Assembly (NCBI GenBank): GCA_963767925.1 | Contig: CAVYGB010000008.1 | Coordinates: 960,001 to 1,024,000, forward strand | DNA: 64,000 bases | Origin: an uncultured delta proteobacterium | Lineage (GTDB): Bacteria > Myxococcota_A > Polyangia > Fen-1088 | Direction of reading: 5' to 3' | Part shown: piece by piece, positions 31,536 through 40,798 of the stretch | How the letters are laid out: every line of letters begins with the position of its first letter | Position numbering within the stretch: position 1 is the stretch's first letter | Made by a program: the position numbers and the translations under genes | Notes under the pieces: model-generated | Seen by the model: only the letters and a program-made list of their open reading frames with translations | What the model was told of the DNA's origin: nothing | The model's database searches: none

Positions 31536-33152
31536 CTATTCGGGCTGAACGGGGCGGCGCGGCTCTTTTCGCATGGAGTAAACCACCCGGGTGTGGGCAC
31601 AGAGGTCGTGCACCGCCCGCCGGTTGCGGTCGAAGATGGCGAACAGGAACCCCGCCATCCAGGGGAGGGCGAGGGCGATGTTGGGCCCCCAGAACAGCCG
31701 GACCAGGTCCTCGACGTTGGTGTCGAGGAAGGGGATCTCCCCCCAGCCCAGCAGCCGGTTGACCTCGTCTTTCACCGTGCGGACGTCGGCCGATCCGAAG
31801 GTCCAGGCCAGGCTGAAGTGGAGCATCAACATGGCCACCAGCGGCCCCCAGAACTTCACCACGAAGCGAAGCAGGAGCCGGGGCACGGTGAGCGCCCGGC
31901 TGGTCCCCTGGATGCTCAGCCGGAACAGCCGCTTGCCGAGCGTCTGCCCCCACCTGCGGTGACCCAGCACGGTGTAGACGCCGAACAGGGTGAAGGTGAT
32001 CTCGTAGGCCGCGCGCATCGACAGGTCGAGGACCAGCCCGAGCAGGTGCCCGAGGACCGCGAAGACGCCGAGGTCGAGGGCCTGGGCCATCCCCCGGGCG
32101 ACAACCCCCCCGGGGATGACCTCCTGGGGCCGCAGCGCCTCCAGCCGCTCCAGCAGCTCCTCGTAGGTGGTGGGGCGGTTGGCGGGGTGGGGATCCATCA
32201 TCTCGGTGATGAGCTGGCGCAGGCGCCAGGGCGCCTGGCGGGCGGGGATCACCGGGCGGGGGGCGTCCTCGTGCAGCTTGATGAGCGCGCGCAGGCTGTC
32301 GGCCTCGAACGGCGGCGCCCCGGTCAGCAGCTCGTGGAAGGTGACCCCCAGCGAGTAGACGTCGCTGCGGTGATCGGGGGGCTTGCCCGCGATCTGCTCG
32401 GGTGAGGCGTAATAGGGCGAGCCGACGAAGTGCTCGTCTTTCCCCTCGGTGGTGGCGGCCAGCCCGAAGTCGGCGACCTTGATGAGGGGGAGGGCCACGT
32501 TCTTGGGGCCCATCCGGCCGAGCAGCAGGTTGGAGGGCTTGACGTCCCGGTGCACGATGCCCCGGTGTTTCGCCTCCATCAACGCGCGGGTTGTCTGGAT
32601 GATGTAGTCGAGCGCCTCGGCCCAGGGGATGGGCCCGTCGCCCTCTAGGCGATCGGCGAGCGTCTTGCCGCGCACGTATTCCATCGCCAGGTAGGGCGCG
32701 CCCTCGTGCTGGCCGATGTAGTAGACGTTCACAACGTTCGGGTGCTGCAGGCGGGCCTGGGCCCGGGCCTCGAGGACCAGGCGCCCCACGAGGTCCGGGC
32801 TCGAGGCGAGCTCGCGACGCAGCACCTTGATGGCGACGGGCCGCTCCAGGCTGAGGTCGTGGGCCAGGTAGACCGTGCCCATGCCGCCCTGCCCGAGCTG
32901 GGCCCGGATCTCGAAGTGGTCGATGTTTTGACCGATCAACGTGTCGGTGGTGCTGGCGCCGGGCGGGACCGGGGGCCGGTCGGTCTCGTAGGCCGTATTG
33001 GCCATCGAGGTCTGGGGGACCGGGCGGACCTCGCTGGAGTCGAGCGCCGCGATCGGGGCCGGGGCGGCCGGAGCGGAGACGTCCGACTCGGGCGGATCGT
33101 CGGCCTTCTCCGGCTTCTTCTCGACGGCGGGTTCTCCCTCAAGCACCTCCAT
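31536..33152 (-). CDS. Ser/Thr protein kinase with C-terminal RDD membrane domain
   Basis: GQGGMG, AIK, HRDVKPSN, DFG, SPE; then RGMAQALD...GQTLGKRLF...RRAVHDLCAHTRVV (RDD). Confidence 0.9.
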   Translation of the reverse strand: MEVLEGEPAVEKKPEKADDPPESDVSAPAAPAPIAALDSSEVRPVPQTSMANTAYETDRPPVPPGASTTDTLIGQNIDHFEIRAQLGQGGMGTVYLAHDLSLERPVAIKVLRRELASSPDLVGRLVLEARAQARLQHPNVVNVYYIGQHEGAPYLAMEYVRGKTLADRLEGDGPIPWAEALDYIIQTTRALMEAKHRGIVHRDVKPSNLLLGRMGPKNVALPLIKVADFGLAATTEGKDEHFVGSPYYASPEQIAGKPPDHRSDVYSLGVTFHELLTGAPPFEADSLRALIKLHEDAPRPVIPARQAPWRLRQLITEMMDPHPANRPTTYEELLERLEALRPQEVIPGGVVARGMAQALDLGVFAVLGHLLGLVLDLSMRAAYEITFTLFGVYTVLGHRRWGQTLGKRLFRLSIQGTSRALTVPRLLLRFVVKFWGPLVAMLMLHFSLAWTFGSADVRTVKDEVNRLLGWGEIPFLDTNVEDLVRLFWGPNIALALPWMAGFLFAIFDRNRRAVHDLCAHTRVVYSMRKEPRRPVQPE

Positions 33153-33430
33153 GTGCGTACGAGATCTTAGTCCGAGATCCTGCCCTTTCTACGTTCGAGT
33201 ATCGCTTTTTCCTGGAAGCAGATCGGCCCGGTGTGGGCCAGCGGCCACCTCGACCGCCGCCCGCGCTGGACTGCCCACACGCGCGCGGCATCTGCGGGAC
33301 CAGGCCGCGCGTTCGCGCGGTCGGCGATCGAGCGCGGCAAGGTTGCGATCCAAGCCTGCGAGCAAGGCGGCAAGCAGCCGGGCCGACGATTGCGATAGCG
33401 TTTTGGTAACGGGCGCTTCATTGTGCAACA

Positions 33431-34669
33431 ATGCGCCGGGGGTCCGGGGTGCTGGGGAATTGTCGTTGTCGGGGTGGCCTTTCGCTGTTGATGCTGGCGC
33501 TGGCCTGCGGCCGGTTCGATCTCGATCTCGGCAGCGATGAGGGCCCGGCCTCCGCCGGGAAGGCCCCCGCCGAGCTTTGGACGTTGTTCGACATCCAGGC
33601 CGCGCTCGAGGCGAAGCGGCCGGTGGCGCGCACCGCCAGCTTCCCCGGCGGCTTCCCGCCGGAGACCTTCATCACCCCGCAGCCCGATGGCAGCGCGATC
33701 TTGCGGATCATCCCCGCCTACAGCGAGGGCGAGCCGGCGGCTTACGTGTTGCCCGAGATCTGGCTGAACTTCGACGAGATCTGGGTGCAGCCCTGGTACG
33801 AGCTCGTCACCGCCTGGAACGATCGCAGCAACGCCCAGAACGCGCTCAAGGGGCCCAACGACGAGGACGCGCCGCCGGTCTGGGACGTGAGCCACCGCAG
33901 CCTGTTTTACAGCCCCTTCTGGGTGGTCTTCTACGCGGTGGTGCCTCCGGGCACCGCCTACGATCACTACACCTCGGTCGAGCAGATCGTGAACGACGGG
34001 TTGCCGATCTACCGGGGCGCCCCCTGGATCTACTCGGTCCGTCCCGAGGAGGTGTTCCTGGGACAGCGGCCCCTGCACCCCTATCTCCAGAAGGAGGTCG
34101 CCACCTCCCTGCGCGAATTCCCCCTGTCCTTCGTGGACGACGAACCGGTGCCCTACTTCGACGAGGGCTTCAACAACTTCGAATACGACCCCCGCACCCA
34201 GGTGGTCGAGGAGGCGCCGCTCTTCATGCTCGCCAAGCGGGACGCCGAGGGCAGGACGGCCTTCCTCGATGCCCCCCACGTGATCGGCACCGGCCCGCTG
34301 CTGGCCCGCCGGCCGCCCGCGGTCTACAACGGCAAGCCCCGCTTCGGCTCGTACACCCGGTTTTACATCGCGACGGTGCCCGCCACCGCCGATGTCTTCA
34401 ACCCCGACGTGCACACCGCCGCGGCCGCCGCGCTCGTCGCCCAGGGGCTCGACCCCCAGGCCTACCGCGGGAGGGTGGCGCGCAACGCCCTCAAGCTCGT
34501 CGAGCGCGACCGGGCCTGCTTCGAGTTGCCCGACTTCCCCGCGAGCTGCGTCTGGCTGGACTCGCAGGCCCGCATCGAGGACGCCGGCGGCATCGCCAGC
34601 CTGCGCCGGACCGAGGTGTCGGCCTGCTCACCGATTGTTTTCTACGCTGGCAAGGGGATCGGCCGATGA
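33431..34669 (+). CDS. Hypothetical lipoprotein, first gene of a 4-gene operon
   Basis: LLMLALAC lipobox-like signal; aromatic-rich globular sequence with GC3 bias; stop overlaps the next ATG. Confidence 0.75.
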   Translation: MRRGSGVLGNCRCRGGLSLLMLALACGRFDLDLGSDEGPASAGKAPAELWTLFDIQAALEAKRPVARTASFPGGFPPETFITPQPDGSAILRIIPAYSEGEPAAYVLPEIWLNFDEIWVQPWYELVTAWNDRSNAQNALKGPNDEDAPPVWDVSHRSLFYSPFWVVFYAVVPPGTAYDHYTSVEQIVNDGLPIYRGAPWIYSVRPEEVFLGQRPLHPYLQKEVATSLREFPLSFVDDEPVPYFDEGFNNFEYDPRTQVVEEAPLFMLAKRDAEGRTAFLDAPHVIGTGPLLARRPPAVYNGKPRFGSYTRFYIATVPATADVFNPDVHTAAAAALVAQGLDPQAYRGRVARNALKLVERDRACFELPDFPASCVWLDSQARIEDAGGIASLRRTEVSACSPIVFYAGKGIGR

Positions 34670-36039
34670 CGGCGGACACGCCGGAGCGGGCGATGGCGAC
34701 GACGCGCGGGCGCCGCTCGTCGCTGCTGGCGCTGCTGGCCTGGACCTTCCCCCTGACCGCCGCCGCGGCGCAACCGACGGTCAGCAACGAGCAACCGGCC
34801 GACCCGGAGGGGCCCGAGGACGGGGAGCCCGAGGGGTTCGTGCTGCCGCCCACCACCCAGGTGGCGCCCCCCCTCGTGTTCATGGGGTACGTCGACGTCG
34901 GGTACGCCGACGCCGAGGGGAACGGCACCAGCTACCCGCGGGTCGACACACGCTTGCCCGCCGACTACGGCGTCGACACCTTCGCTCCGGCGGTGAACAG
35001 CCGGGGCGACGTGGCCTCGACCGACGCGGATGGGCTGTTCGTCAATGGCTTCCTGCCCCGCTCGGCCGGGATCGGCGGTCGCCCCTCTTTCCTCCTCAAC
35101 ACGGTGAACTTCGACGTTCGCTACCAGGCGCCCAGCGCCCCCATCATGGCCTTCTCCCGGTTTCAGCTCTTGCCCCGCTTCGGCGGGCCGGGCAAGGGCA
35201 ACCAGACGCTGGTCGTGCTCGAGCAGGCCTTCGGTCGGGTCACCCCGATCCTCGGCAAGGAGCTGTTCCTCAGCGCGGGCAAGTTCGATTCGGTGTTCGG
35301 CATCGAATACCTCGACAACCAGGCCAACTACCGCACCGGCGTGACCCCCTCCTTGCTCTCCCGCTACACCACCGGGACCTCGCTCGGCCTGAAGGCCTTC
35401 TTCCGGCAGCAGATCGCTCCCCTCTGGTCGGCCCTCAGCCTCAACGCCTCCGCCACCAACAGCGGCGCCTTCGTCGAGGTCTTGCAGCCGCCCGACATCA
35501 GCCTCACCGGCGCGCCGGTGCTGGCGGCCCGCCTGGGATACGAGCTCAACCTGCCCTCGGTGCAGGTGAAGCTCGGCGGGAGCTGGCTGTCCGGTCCGCG
35601 CAACGATCAGCGCGATCAGCGCTCGGAGCAGCGGATGTTCGGCTTCGACGCCCGCCTCTACGTCGCGGGCCTGTCGCTCTCCTGGGAGTACGTCAACGTC
35701 GAGGAGGACCTCGGCGCCGCCGGCAAGGAGACCGGCCTCGGCACCTTCCCGGTGACCTCGGAGTTTCAGGCCCGGGGCTTCTGGGCTCAGGCCGCCTACC
35801 TGTGGCGGACGGGGCTGGTGTCGCTCACCGGGCTCACCTTCTATGGCCGCTACGAGCGGCGGCGGGCCGAGTTCGAGGGCTTTCGCCCGATCGCGGTGGC
35901 CCGGGTGACAGGCGGCCTGCGGATCGATTTCTGGGAGGCCCTCGTGCTCAAGGTGGAGCTGCTGTTCAACGAGGAGCGGGCGGGCGCGCCCGAGGTGGAC
36001 AACGACGTGTTCACGTCGTCGGTTGTGTATTCGTGGTGA
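34666..36039 (+). CDS. Putative outer-membrane beta-barrel (porin-like)
   Basis: Signal peptide (TAAAA|Q), GYVDVGY, LEQAFG, SAGKFDSVFGIEY, alternating amphipathic strands, terminal VVYSW. Confidence 0.78.
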   Translation: MTADTPERAMATTRGRRSSLLALLAWTFPLTAAAAQPTVSNEQPADPEGPEDGEPEGFVLPPTTQVAPPLVFMGYVDVGYADAEGNGTSYPRVDTRLPADYGVDTFAPAVNSRGDVASTDADGLFVNGFLPRSAGIGGRPSFLLNTVNFDVRYQAPSAPIMAFSRFQLLPRFGGPGKGNQTLVVLEQAFGRVTPILGKELFLSAGKFDSVFGIEYLDNQANYRTGVTPSLLSRYTTGTSLGLKAFFRQQIAPLWSALSLNASATNSGAFVEVLQPPDISLTGAPVLAARLGYELNLPSVQVKLGGSWLSGPRNDQRDQRSEQRMFGFDARLYVAGLSLSWEYVNVEEDLGAAGKETGLGTFPVTSEFQARGFWAQAAYLWRTGLVSLTGLTFYGRYERRRAEFEGFRPIAVARVTGGLRIDFWEALVLKVELLFNEERAGAPEVDNDVFTSSVVYSW

Positions 36040-37076
36040 GCCGGCGCTGCCGGGCGCTGCTGGTTCTGGGAGCCTGGCTGGGGGCGCTGGCGCCGGGGCC
36101 GGCGCGGGCCGCGCCCGGCGGAGCCGACGCCTGGCCGGGTGACGACATGCCCTTGCCCCTCACGGTCCGCACGCCCGAGGAGCTGGCCTTCAAGAACGAA
36201 GCCGAGCGCCAGTACGCCCTCTTCAACCTGATGACGAGCGGGAAGCTCGCCTTCGAGGCGGGCGACTATGCCCGCGCCATGCGCCGCTGGGAGGCCCTCC
36301 TCAAGCTGCCCAGCTTGCCGGCTGACGTCGAGCGGGCCGTCTTGCCGCTGTTCGAGGCGGCCCGGCGCGGCGCCGCGGGCGGATCGCCGGTGACCACCCC
36401 GGTGGTGGCGGCGGTGGTGCCGCCGGCCCGGTCCGAGAAGGTCGCCGTCCCCGAGGCCCCGCCCGCGCCCGAGCTCGCGACGGTGAGCGGGACCGTGATC
36501 GGCGGAGGCGCGCTCGGTCCGGCCGCCGCTGTCTTGTGGCTCAAGCGCCTCGACAGCCCGACGCCGCCCGTGCGGGCCCTGCGCCGGCCCAAGGTCATCA
36601 GTCAGAAGGACAAGACGTTCATCCCCCGGGTCGTCGTCGTGCCGGTCGGCAGCAGCGTCGATTTTCGCAACGACGACACCTACTACCACAACGTCTTTTC
36701 GCTGAGCGACGCGCAGAAGTTCGACACCGGGCTGTACGCCGGCGGCCTGCTCTACACCCAGACCTTCAGCAAGCCCGGCCCGGTCGAGCTGCTCTGTAAC
36801 ATCCACGCGACCATGGTCGGCTACGTCATGGTTGTCGATACGCCCTATTACACGCAGCCTCGCAGCAACGGCACCTTCGTCCTGCGAAACGTCCCCCCCG
36901 GGCGCTATGAGCTGTCGACCTGGCATGAAGCGTCGACCCGCACCGTCAAGCAGGCGCTGGAGGTGAAGGAAGGTGGGGCTCGGGGGATCACCGTCAAGAT
37001 CGGGACGGATCGGGTCCCCCTGGTGGTGGTGCCGGACAAATACGGGAAACCTCGCCAGCCCCAGCTCGGTTACTGA
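36036..37076 (+). CDS. Exported protein: TPR-like helix + cupredoxin (type-1 Cu) domain + carboxypeptidase-regulatory-like beta-sandwich
   Basis: GTGA overlap; signal peptide; QKDKTFIPRV...VDFRNDDTYYHNVFS...LLCNIHATM (H, C-x2-H-x2-M); NVPPGRYELSTWH. Confidence 0.82.
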   Translation: MSRRCRALLVLGAWLGALAPGPARAAPGGADAWPGDDMPLPLTVRTPEELAFKNEAERQYALFNLMTSGKLAFEAGDYARAMRRWEALLKLPSLPADVERAVLPLFEAARRGAAGGSPVTTPVVAAVVPPARSEKVAVPEAPPAPELATVSGTVIGGGALGPAAAVLWLKRLDSPTPPVRALRRPKVISQKDKTFIPRVVVVPVGSSVDFRNDDTYYHNVFSLSDAQKFDTGLYAGGLLYTQTFSKPGPVELLCNIHATMVGYVMVVDTPYYTQPRSNGTFVLRNVPPGRYELSTWHEASTRTVKQALEVKEGGARGITVKIGTDRVPLVVVPDKYGKPRQPQLGY

Positions 37077-37164
37077 GCGGTCGGCTGCGCGAAACGCGCG
37101 CCCCCGTCGAGGGTTGCCCGTAGCATGTTCCCCGACATCGTCGTATCCTTTGTGGTCCCTAGTC

Positions 37165-39147
37165 ATGCTGAGAGGTAGACCGCTTGCGGGCCTGAGTCTG
37201 GGGGTGCTTGCCGTGGCCGCGGCTTACCTCGGCGGCCGCACCCTGGACATCAACCGGCAGGCGCGGGTGGCCCAGCATGCGGTCGGCGGCGCCCGCGACG
37301 CGGCCCGGAAGGCGCGCGAAGCGCTCGCCGTCCAGATCGAAAACGTCAAGATGATGGTCCACAACGCCGTGGTCAATCCGCGGCTGATGGTGGTCCTGCG
37401 CGGCCGGGTGGACAACGAGACCCTGCGCGATGCGTTCAGCACCGAGTCCTGGTGGGAGCCGTACCGGGGCGCCACAACCGCCATCTCCTACGAGGGCGAC
37501 GACATCGCGTTCCAGCAGGGGGGCGCCGGCGGCGCCGGGCAAGCTGGCCCGCTCGACGGCTTGCCCATCCAGGACCTGATCCGGTCGGTGCGGGCCACGG
37601 GGGCGCGGGCTACCCGGATCGGCGCCGCGAACGGCCGGGTGTTCGTGCTGGCGGCGTCGCCCATGCCGCTGGTCGGGGTCGAGCCCCCGGTCGTCGTGCT
37701 GTCGCGTCCGATGGATGCCCCGGTGCTGGCGGCGCTGGGCGAGGGGCGACAGGCGCCGGTCTTGATCTCCGACGGCCGGCAGACCCTCGGCTCCTGGGGT
37801 CCCGATCGGGACATCCGGCTGCTGGAGGGGGCGGTCGGGCGGGAGGGGGAGGGCGAGATCGCCCTGCAAGACACCGCCTGGGGGGCGGCGGTCGAGGAGG
37901 TCACGCCGGGGATGTGGCTGTGGGCCGGCAACCGGGTCACCGAGCTCGCCACCGCCTGGTTGCAGCAGGACGCCTCCCGCAAGCGGGTGATGTGGGGAGT
38001 GGCCTCCGCGCTGGCGCTCCTGTTCGTGGGGCTGTCCCTGCGGCCGCTCCCGCGGCGTCGCGAGGGGTCGGGACGGTACCGCGCGGTGGATCTGGAGCGG
38101 GCGGGTGGCGCGCCGGCGCTGAACCCGCTGCCGACGCCCCGACACTCGACCTCGGTGATGATCCCGGCCGGCGTGGGCACGCCGCTCGGCCGGTACGTGC
38201 TGCTCGATCGCATCGGTGAAGGCGGCATGGCCGAGGTCTTCACCGCGGTCTCCTTCGGCTCGGGCGGCTTCCGGCGGACCTTCGTCATCAAGCGCCTGCG
38301 GGCGGAGATGGCCAACAACCCGGTGGCGGTCGCCCACTTCATCGACGAGGCCAACCTCGCCTCCACCCTCGTGCACCCCAACATCGTCCCGGTGTTCGAC
38401 TTCGGGGAGGTGGCGGGCTCGTATTTTCTCGCCCAGGAGTACGTGGTGGGGCGAGATCTGGGGCGGCTGGCCCGGCGGATGACCGAGCAGAACGTGGCCC
38501 GCCTGTCGGTCAGTGCGGCCCTCTACATCGCCCACGAGGTGCTGCGCGGCCTGCACCACGCCCACGAGCGGCGGACCGACGAGGGCTCCCCGCTCGAGCT
38601 GGTCCACCGCGACGTCACCCCGGAGAACGTGATGATCTCCGAGCGCGGGGAGATCAAGCTGCTGGACTTCGGCATCGTGAAAGCCATCCAGCGGGTCTCG
38701 CAGACGGACATCGGGATGGTGAAGGGGAACGTCGACTACATGTCCCCGGAGCAGGCGCGCGGGCGCTCGGTGGACCGGCGTTCGGACATCTACTCGGTCG
38801 GGCTGGTCCTCTACTTCGCCCTGGCTCGCACGCCGCTCTACCGGGGCGAGACGCTGTACGACCGGCTCATGCGGGCCGCCCTGGGACCGGGCGACGAGGA
38901 GCTGGAGCGGATCGCTGCCCTGCCGGCGCCGATGCCGGAGATCCTGGGCCGCGCCCTCTCGGTCGACCCCGATGGCCGCTACCAGACGGCGAACGAGTTC
39001 GCTCTGGCCCTGACCCCCTTCATCGAAGGCGGCGCGGTGGAGGCGGCGGGGGTGCTGGAGCTGCTGTTCGGCGATGAGCTGCAGCTCGAGCAGGACCGCC
39101 TCGCCGCCGCCTTCCCCCGACGGCGGGCGGAAGACGCGCGCCCCTGA
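37165..39147 (+). CDS. Receptor-type Ser/Thr kinase (N-terminal TM, periplasmic Cache-like sensor, TM, cytoplasmic kinase)
   Basis: Two TM helices flanking a roughly 260-aa domain; GEGGMA, VIKR, HRDVTPEN, DFG, YMSPE. Confidence 0.9.
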   Translation: MLRGRPLAGLSLGVLAVAAAYLGGRTLDINRQARVAQHAVGGARDAARKAREALAVQIENVKMMVHNAVVNPRLMVVLRGRVDNETLRDAFSTESWWEPYRGATTAISYEGDDIAFQQGGAGGAGQAGPLDGLPIQDLIRSVRATGARATRIGAANGRVFVLAASPMPLVGVEPPVVVLSRPMDAPVLAALGEGRQAPVLISDGRQTLGSWGPDRDIRLLEGAVGREGEGEIALQDTAWGAAVEEVTPGMWLWAGNRVTELATAWLQQDASRKRVMWGVASALALLFVGLSLRPLPRRREGSGRYRAVDLERAGGAPALNPLPTPRHSTSVMIPAGVGTPLGRYVLLDRIGEGGMAEVFTAVSFGSGGFRRTFVIKRLRAEMANNPVAVAHFIDEANLASTLVHPNIVPVFDFGEVAGSYFLAQEYVVGRDLGRLARRMTEQNVARLSVSAALYIAHEVLRGLHHAHERRTDEGSPLELVHRDVTPENVMISERGEIKLLDFGIVKAIQRVSQTDIGMVKGNVDYMSPEQARGRSVDRRSDIYSVGLVLYFALARTPLYRGETLYDRLMRAALGPGDEELERIAALPAPMPEILGRALSVDPDGRYQTANEFALALTPFIEGGAVEAAGVLELLFGDELQLEQDRLAAAFPRRRAEDARP

Positions 39148-39154
39148 CCGGCTG

Positions 39155-39847
39155 CTAGATCGTGATCCAGGTCTGGCGGGCCCGCCCCAGCAGGCGGCCG
39201 TCCGATCCGAACAGCGCCGTGCCGGCGAAGATCTTGCGGCCCTCCGTCCCCAGGCCCCAGCCGAGGACCACACATCGTTGGCCCACCCGGATGGGGCCGG
39301 TGATCTCGGCGGTCATCCGCCCGAGGAGCGCGGTGGGGTACTCGGCGGGGGAAGCCCCGAAGTAGCCGGGGCAGTCGAGGGCTGCCCAGCACACCTCGCG
39401 GTCGACCTCGCTGCCGCCGCTCGCCACCGAGGTGGTCGGGATCCAGGTCGCCGCGACCGGATCGCCGGGCCGCTCGCGGCCGGCGAAGATGCGCAGGCCG
39501 TCCCCCTCCGCCCGACCCGGGCCGCAGACGAAGCAGCCGGGGAAATAGTGGTGCTGGTGCCCCACGTAGCGCGCCGAGAGCGCCTCGGCCTGCTCGAACG
39601 ACGGGGGCGTCGGGATGTCCAGCTCCAGGGCAGCGGCGCGTCCCTCCGCCACCACCTGCTCGCCGTCGAGGAGGCGGACCGGGTCGCTCCCGGTCAGAAG
39701 GAGCGGCCGCCCCAGGGGGGGCGGCCTTCGCAACGTCACCTCGGCGGGGCCAGCAAACGTGGCGCCGAGGAGGCCGCAGGTCCACCCGCCGTTGCCCGTG
39801 CCAGGGGGGCCACAGAAGCGGGGGTCGATGGTGACCGTTCGTTCCAT
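39155..39847 (-). CDS. Hotdog-fold (thioesterase-like) protein
   Basis: FCGPPGTGNGGWTCG, VTLRRPPPL, CFVCG, WAALDCPG, GRKIFAGTALF. Confidence 0.75.
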   Translation of the reverse strand: MERTVTIDPRFCGPPGTGNGGWTCGLLGATFAGPAEVTLRRPPPLGRPLLLTGSDPVRLLDGEQVVAEGRAAALELDIPTPPSFEQAEALSARYVGHQHHYFPGCFVCGPGRAEGDGLRIFAGRERPGDPVAATWIPTTSVASGGSEVDREVCWAALDCPGYFGASPAEYPTALLGRMTAEITGPIRVGQRCVVLGWGLGTEGRKIFAGTALFGSDGRLLGRARQTWITI

Positions 39848-40446
39848 CCCGTCATGCTACTGGTTCCCGCTTCGGGTGCGAACACCACCAGCGCCAGCCG
39901 GCGGGAGTGGCGCCAGAGCGGCTCGAACGCCTCCACCTTGCGCTCGCGCCACCCCTCGGCTGGATCTCCGGTCAGGACTTTGCGCGCGCCCGGGTGCACC
40001 CCCACCACGACCTCGAAGTGGGGGTAGCCGCGCTTGCCGTCGACCTGCAGGGTGCCCACGATGACCGGGCGCTTGCGCCCGATCTCGTGGACCAGGTCGT
40101 CGAAGGTTGCCTCGATCAGGAAGGCCTCCAGACCCTCCTGGCGGGCGATCTCCCGCAACCTGCCGGCCGAGACCCCCTTCTGGGGATCCACGGTTCCCAC
40201 CGCCGACCGGATCCCTTCGTTGCTGGTGGCTGGCTGCCAGAACCGCATCACCATGGCCAGCGCGGCGGCGCCGCAGTCGGCGCGCTCACGCTGGGTGACC
40301 AGGGGGACGCCCGGAACCAGCAGCCAGCCGGGATCCGAAGGCAGAGTCGGCGTCACCCCGGAGCGAAGCGCTCCGAGGTGACAGCCGACCTGCGTGAAGG
40401 CGAGCGCAAGTGGGACGAGGAGCGTCCCCAGCGCCGCCGGTTTCAC
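39736..40446 (-). CDS. Stand-alone exported C39-family cysteine peptidase (probable lipoprotein)
   Basis: GTG overlaps the upstream stop; hydrophobic signal ending VGC; QRERADCGAAALAMV (Gln/Cys), PHFEVVVG (His), GDPAEG (Asp); no ABC domain. Confidence 0.88.
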   Translation of the reverse strand: MKPAALGTLLVPLALAFTQVGCHLGALRSGVTPTLPSDPGWLLVPGVPLVTQRERADCGAAALAMVMRFWQPATSNEGIRSAVGTVDPQKGVSAGRLREIARQEGLEAFLIEATFDDLVHEIGRKRPVIVGTLQVDGKRGYPHFEVVVGVHPGARKVLTGDPAEGWRERKVEAFEPLWRHSRRLALVVFAPEAGTSSMTGWNERSPSTPASVAPLARATAGGPAASSAPRLLAPPR

Positions 40447-40742
40447 AGCAGCACGAGCAGAATGACCAGCAGCAGGGCCAGGGCCAGGGCCGAGCCGCCG
40501 AGGTAGATGGAGGCGCCTGCGCCGCCCTGCCACTGCTCGAGACCGGCCGCCTTCTTCTCCCGGGCGGCGTAGCTCTGCACGTCCGAGCTCGTGGCGGCCA
40601 CCGTGCTGACCTCCGCCGCGCGGGGCGCGGTGGCGGTCGGCGCGGGCCGGGCCGGCGCGGGGAGACCCGCGGCCGCGAAGGCCGGGCCAGACATCATGAC
40701 AGCGACGACAAGAGGGGCAATCCAGCGAAGTACGAGTTTCAT
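40443..40742 (-). CDS. 99-aa secreted peptide: signal peptide, double-glycine motif, very hydrophobic C-terminal tail
   Basis: Strong RBS GGAGGAG; MKLVLRWIAPLVVAVMMSGPAFA...AAGLEQWQGG|AGASIYLGGSALALALLLVILLVLL. Confidence 0.82.
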   Translation of the reverse strand: MKLVLRWIAPLVVAVMMSGPAFAAAGLPAPARPAPTATAPRAAEVSTVAATSSDVQSYAAREKKAAGLEQWQGGAGASIYLGGSALALALLLVILLVLL

Positions 40743-40780
40743 GTTTTCTCCTCCCAATGAGCTGGGGACCCCCCCTGCCA

Positions 40781-40798
40781 TTGCATCATCCCGGCCAG
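40781..40798 (-). promoter_or_regulatory. Putative sigma54 (-24/-12) promoter
   Basis: Minus strand CTGGCCGGGATGATGCAA has exact GG-N10-GC spacing and lies about 40 nt upstream of ATG 40742. Confidence 0.6.

Noticed and set aside
33153..33430. Roughly 280-bp intergenic region as a possible ncRNA or sigma54 promoter
   Set aside because: No recognisable RNA family features, and candidate GG/GC pairs have the wrong spacing; probably an ordinary divergent promoter region
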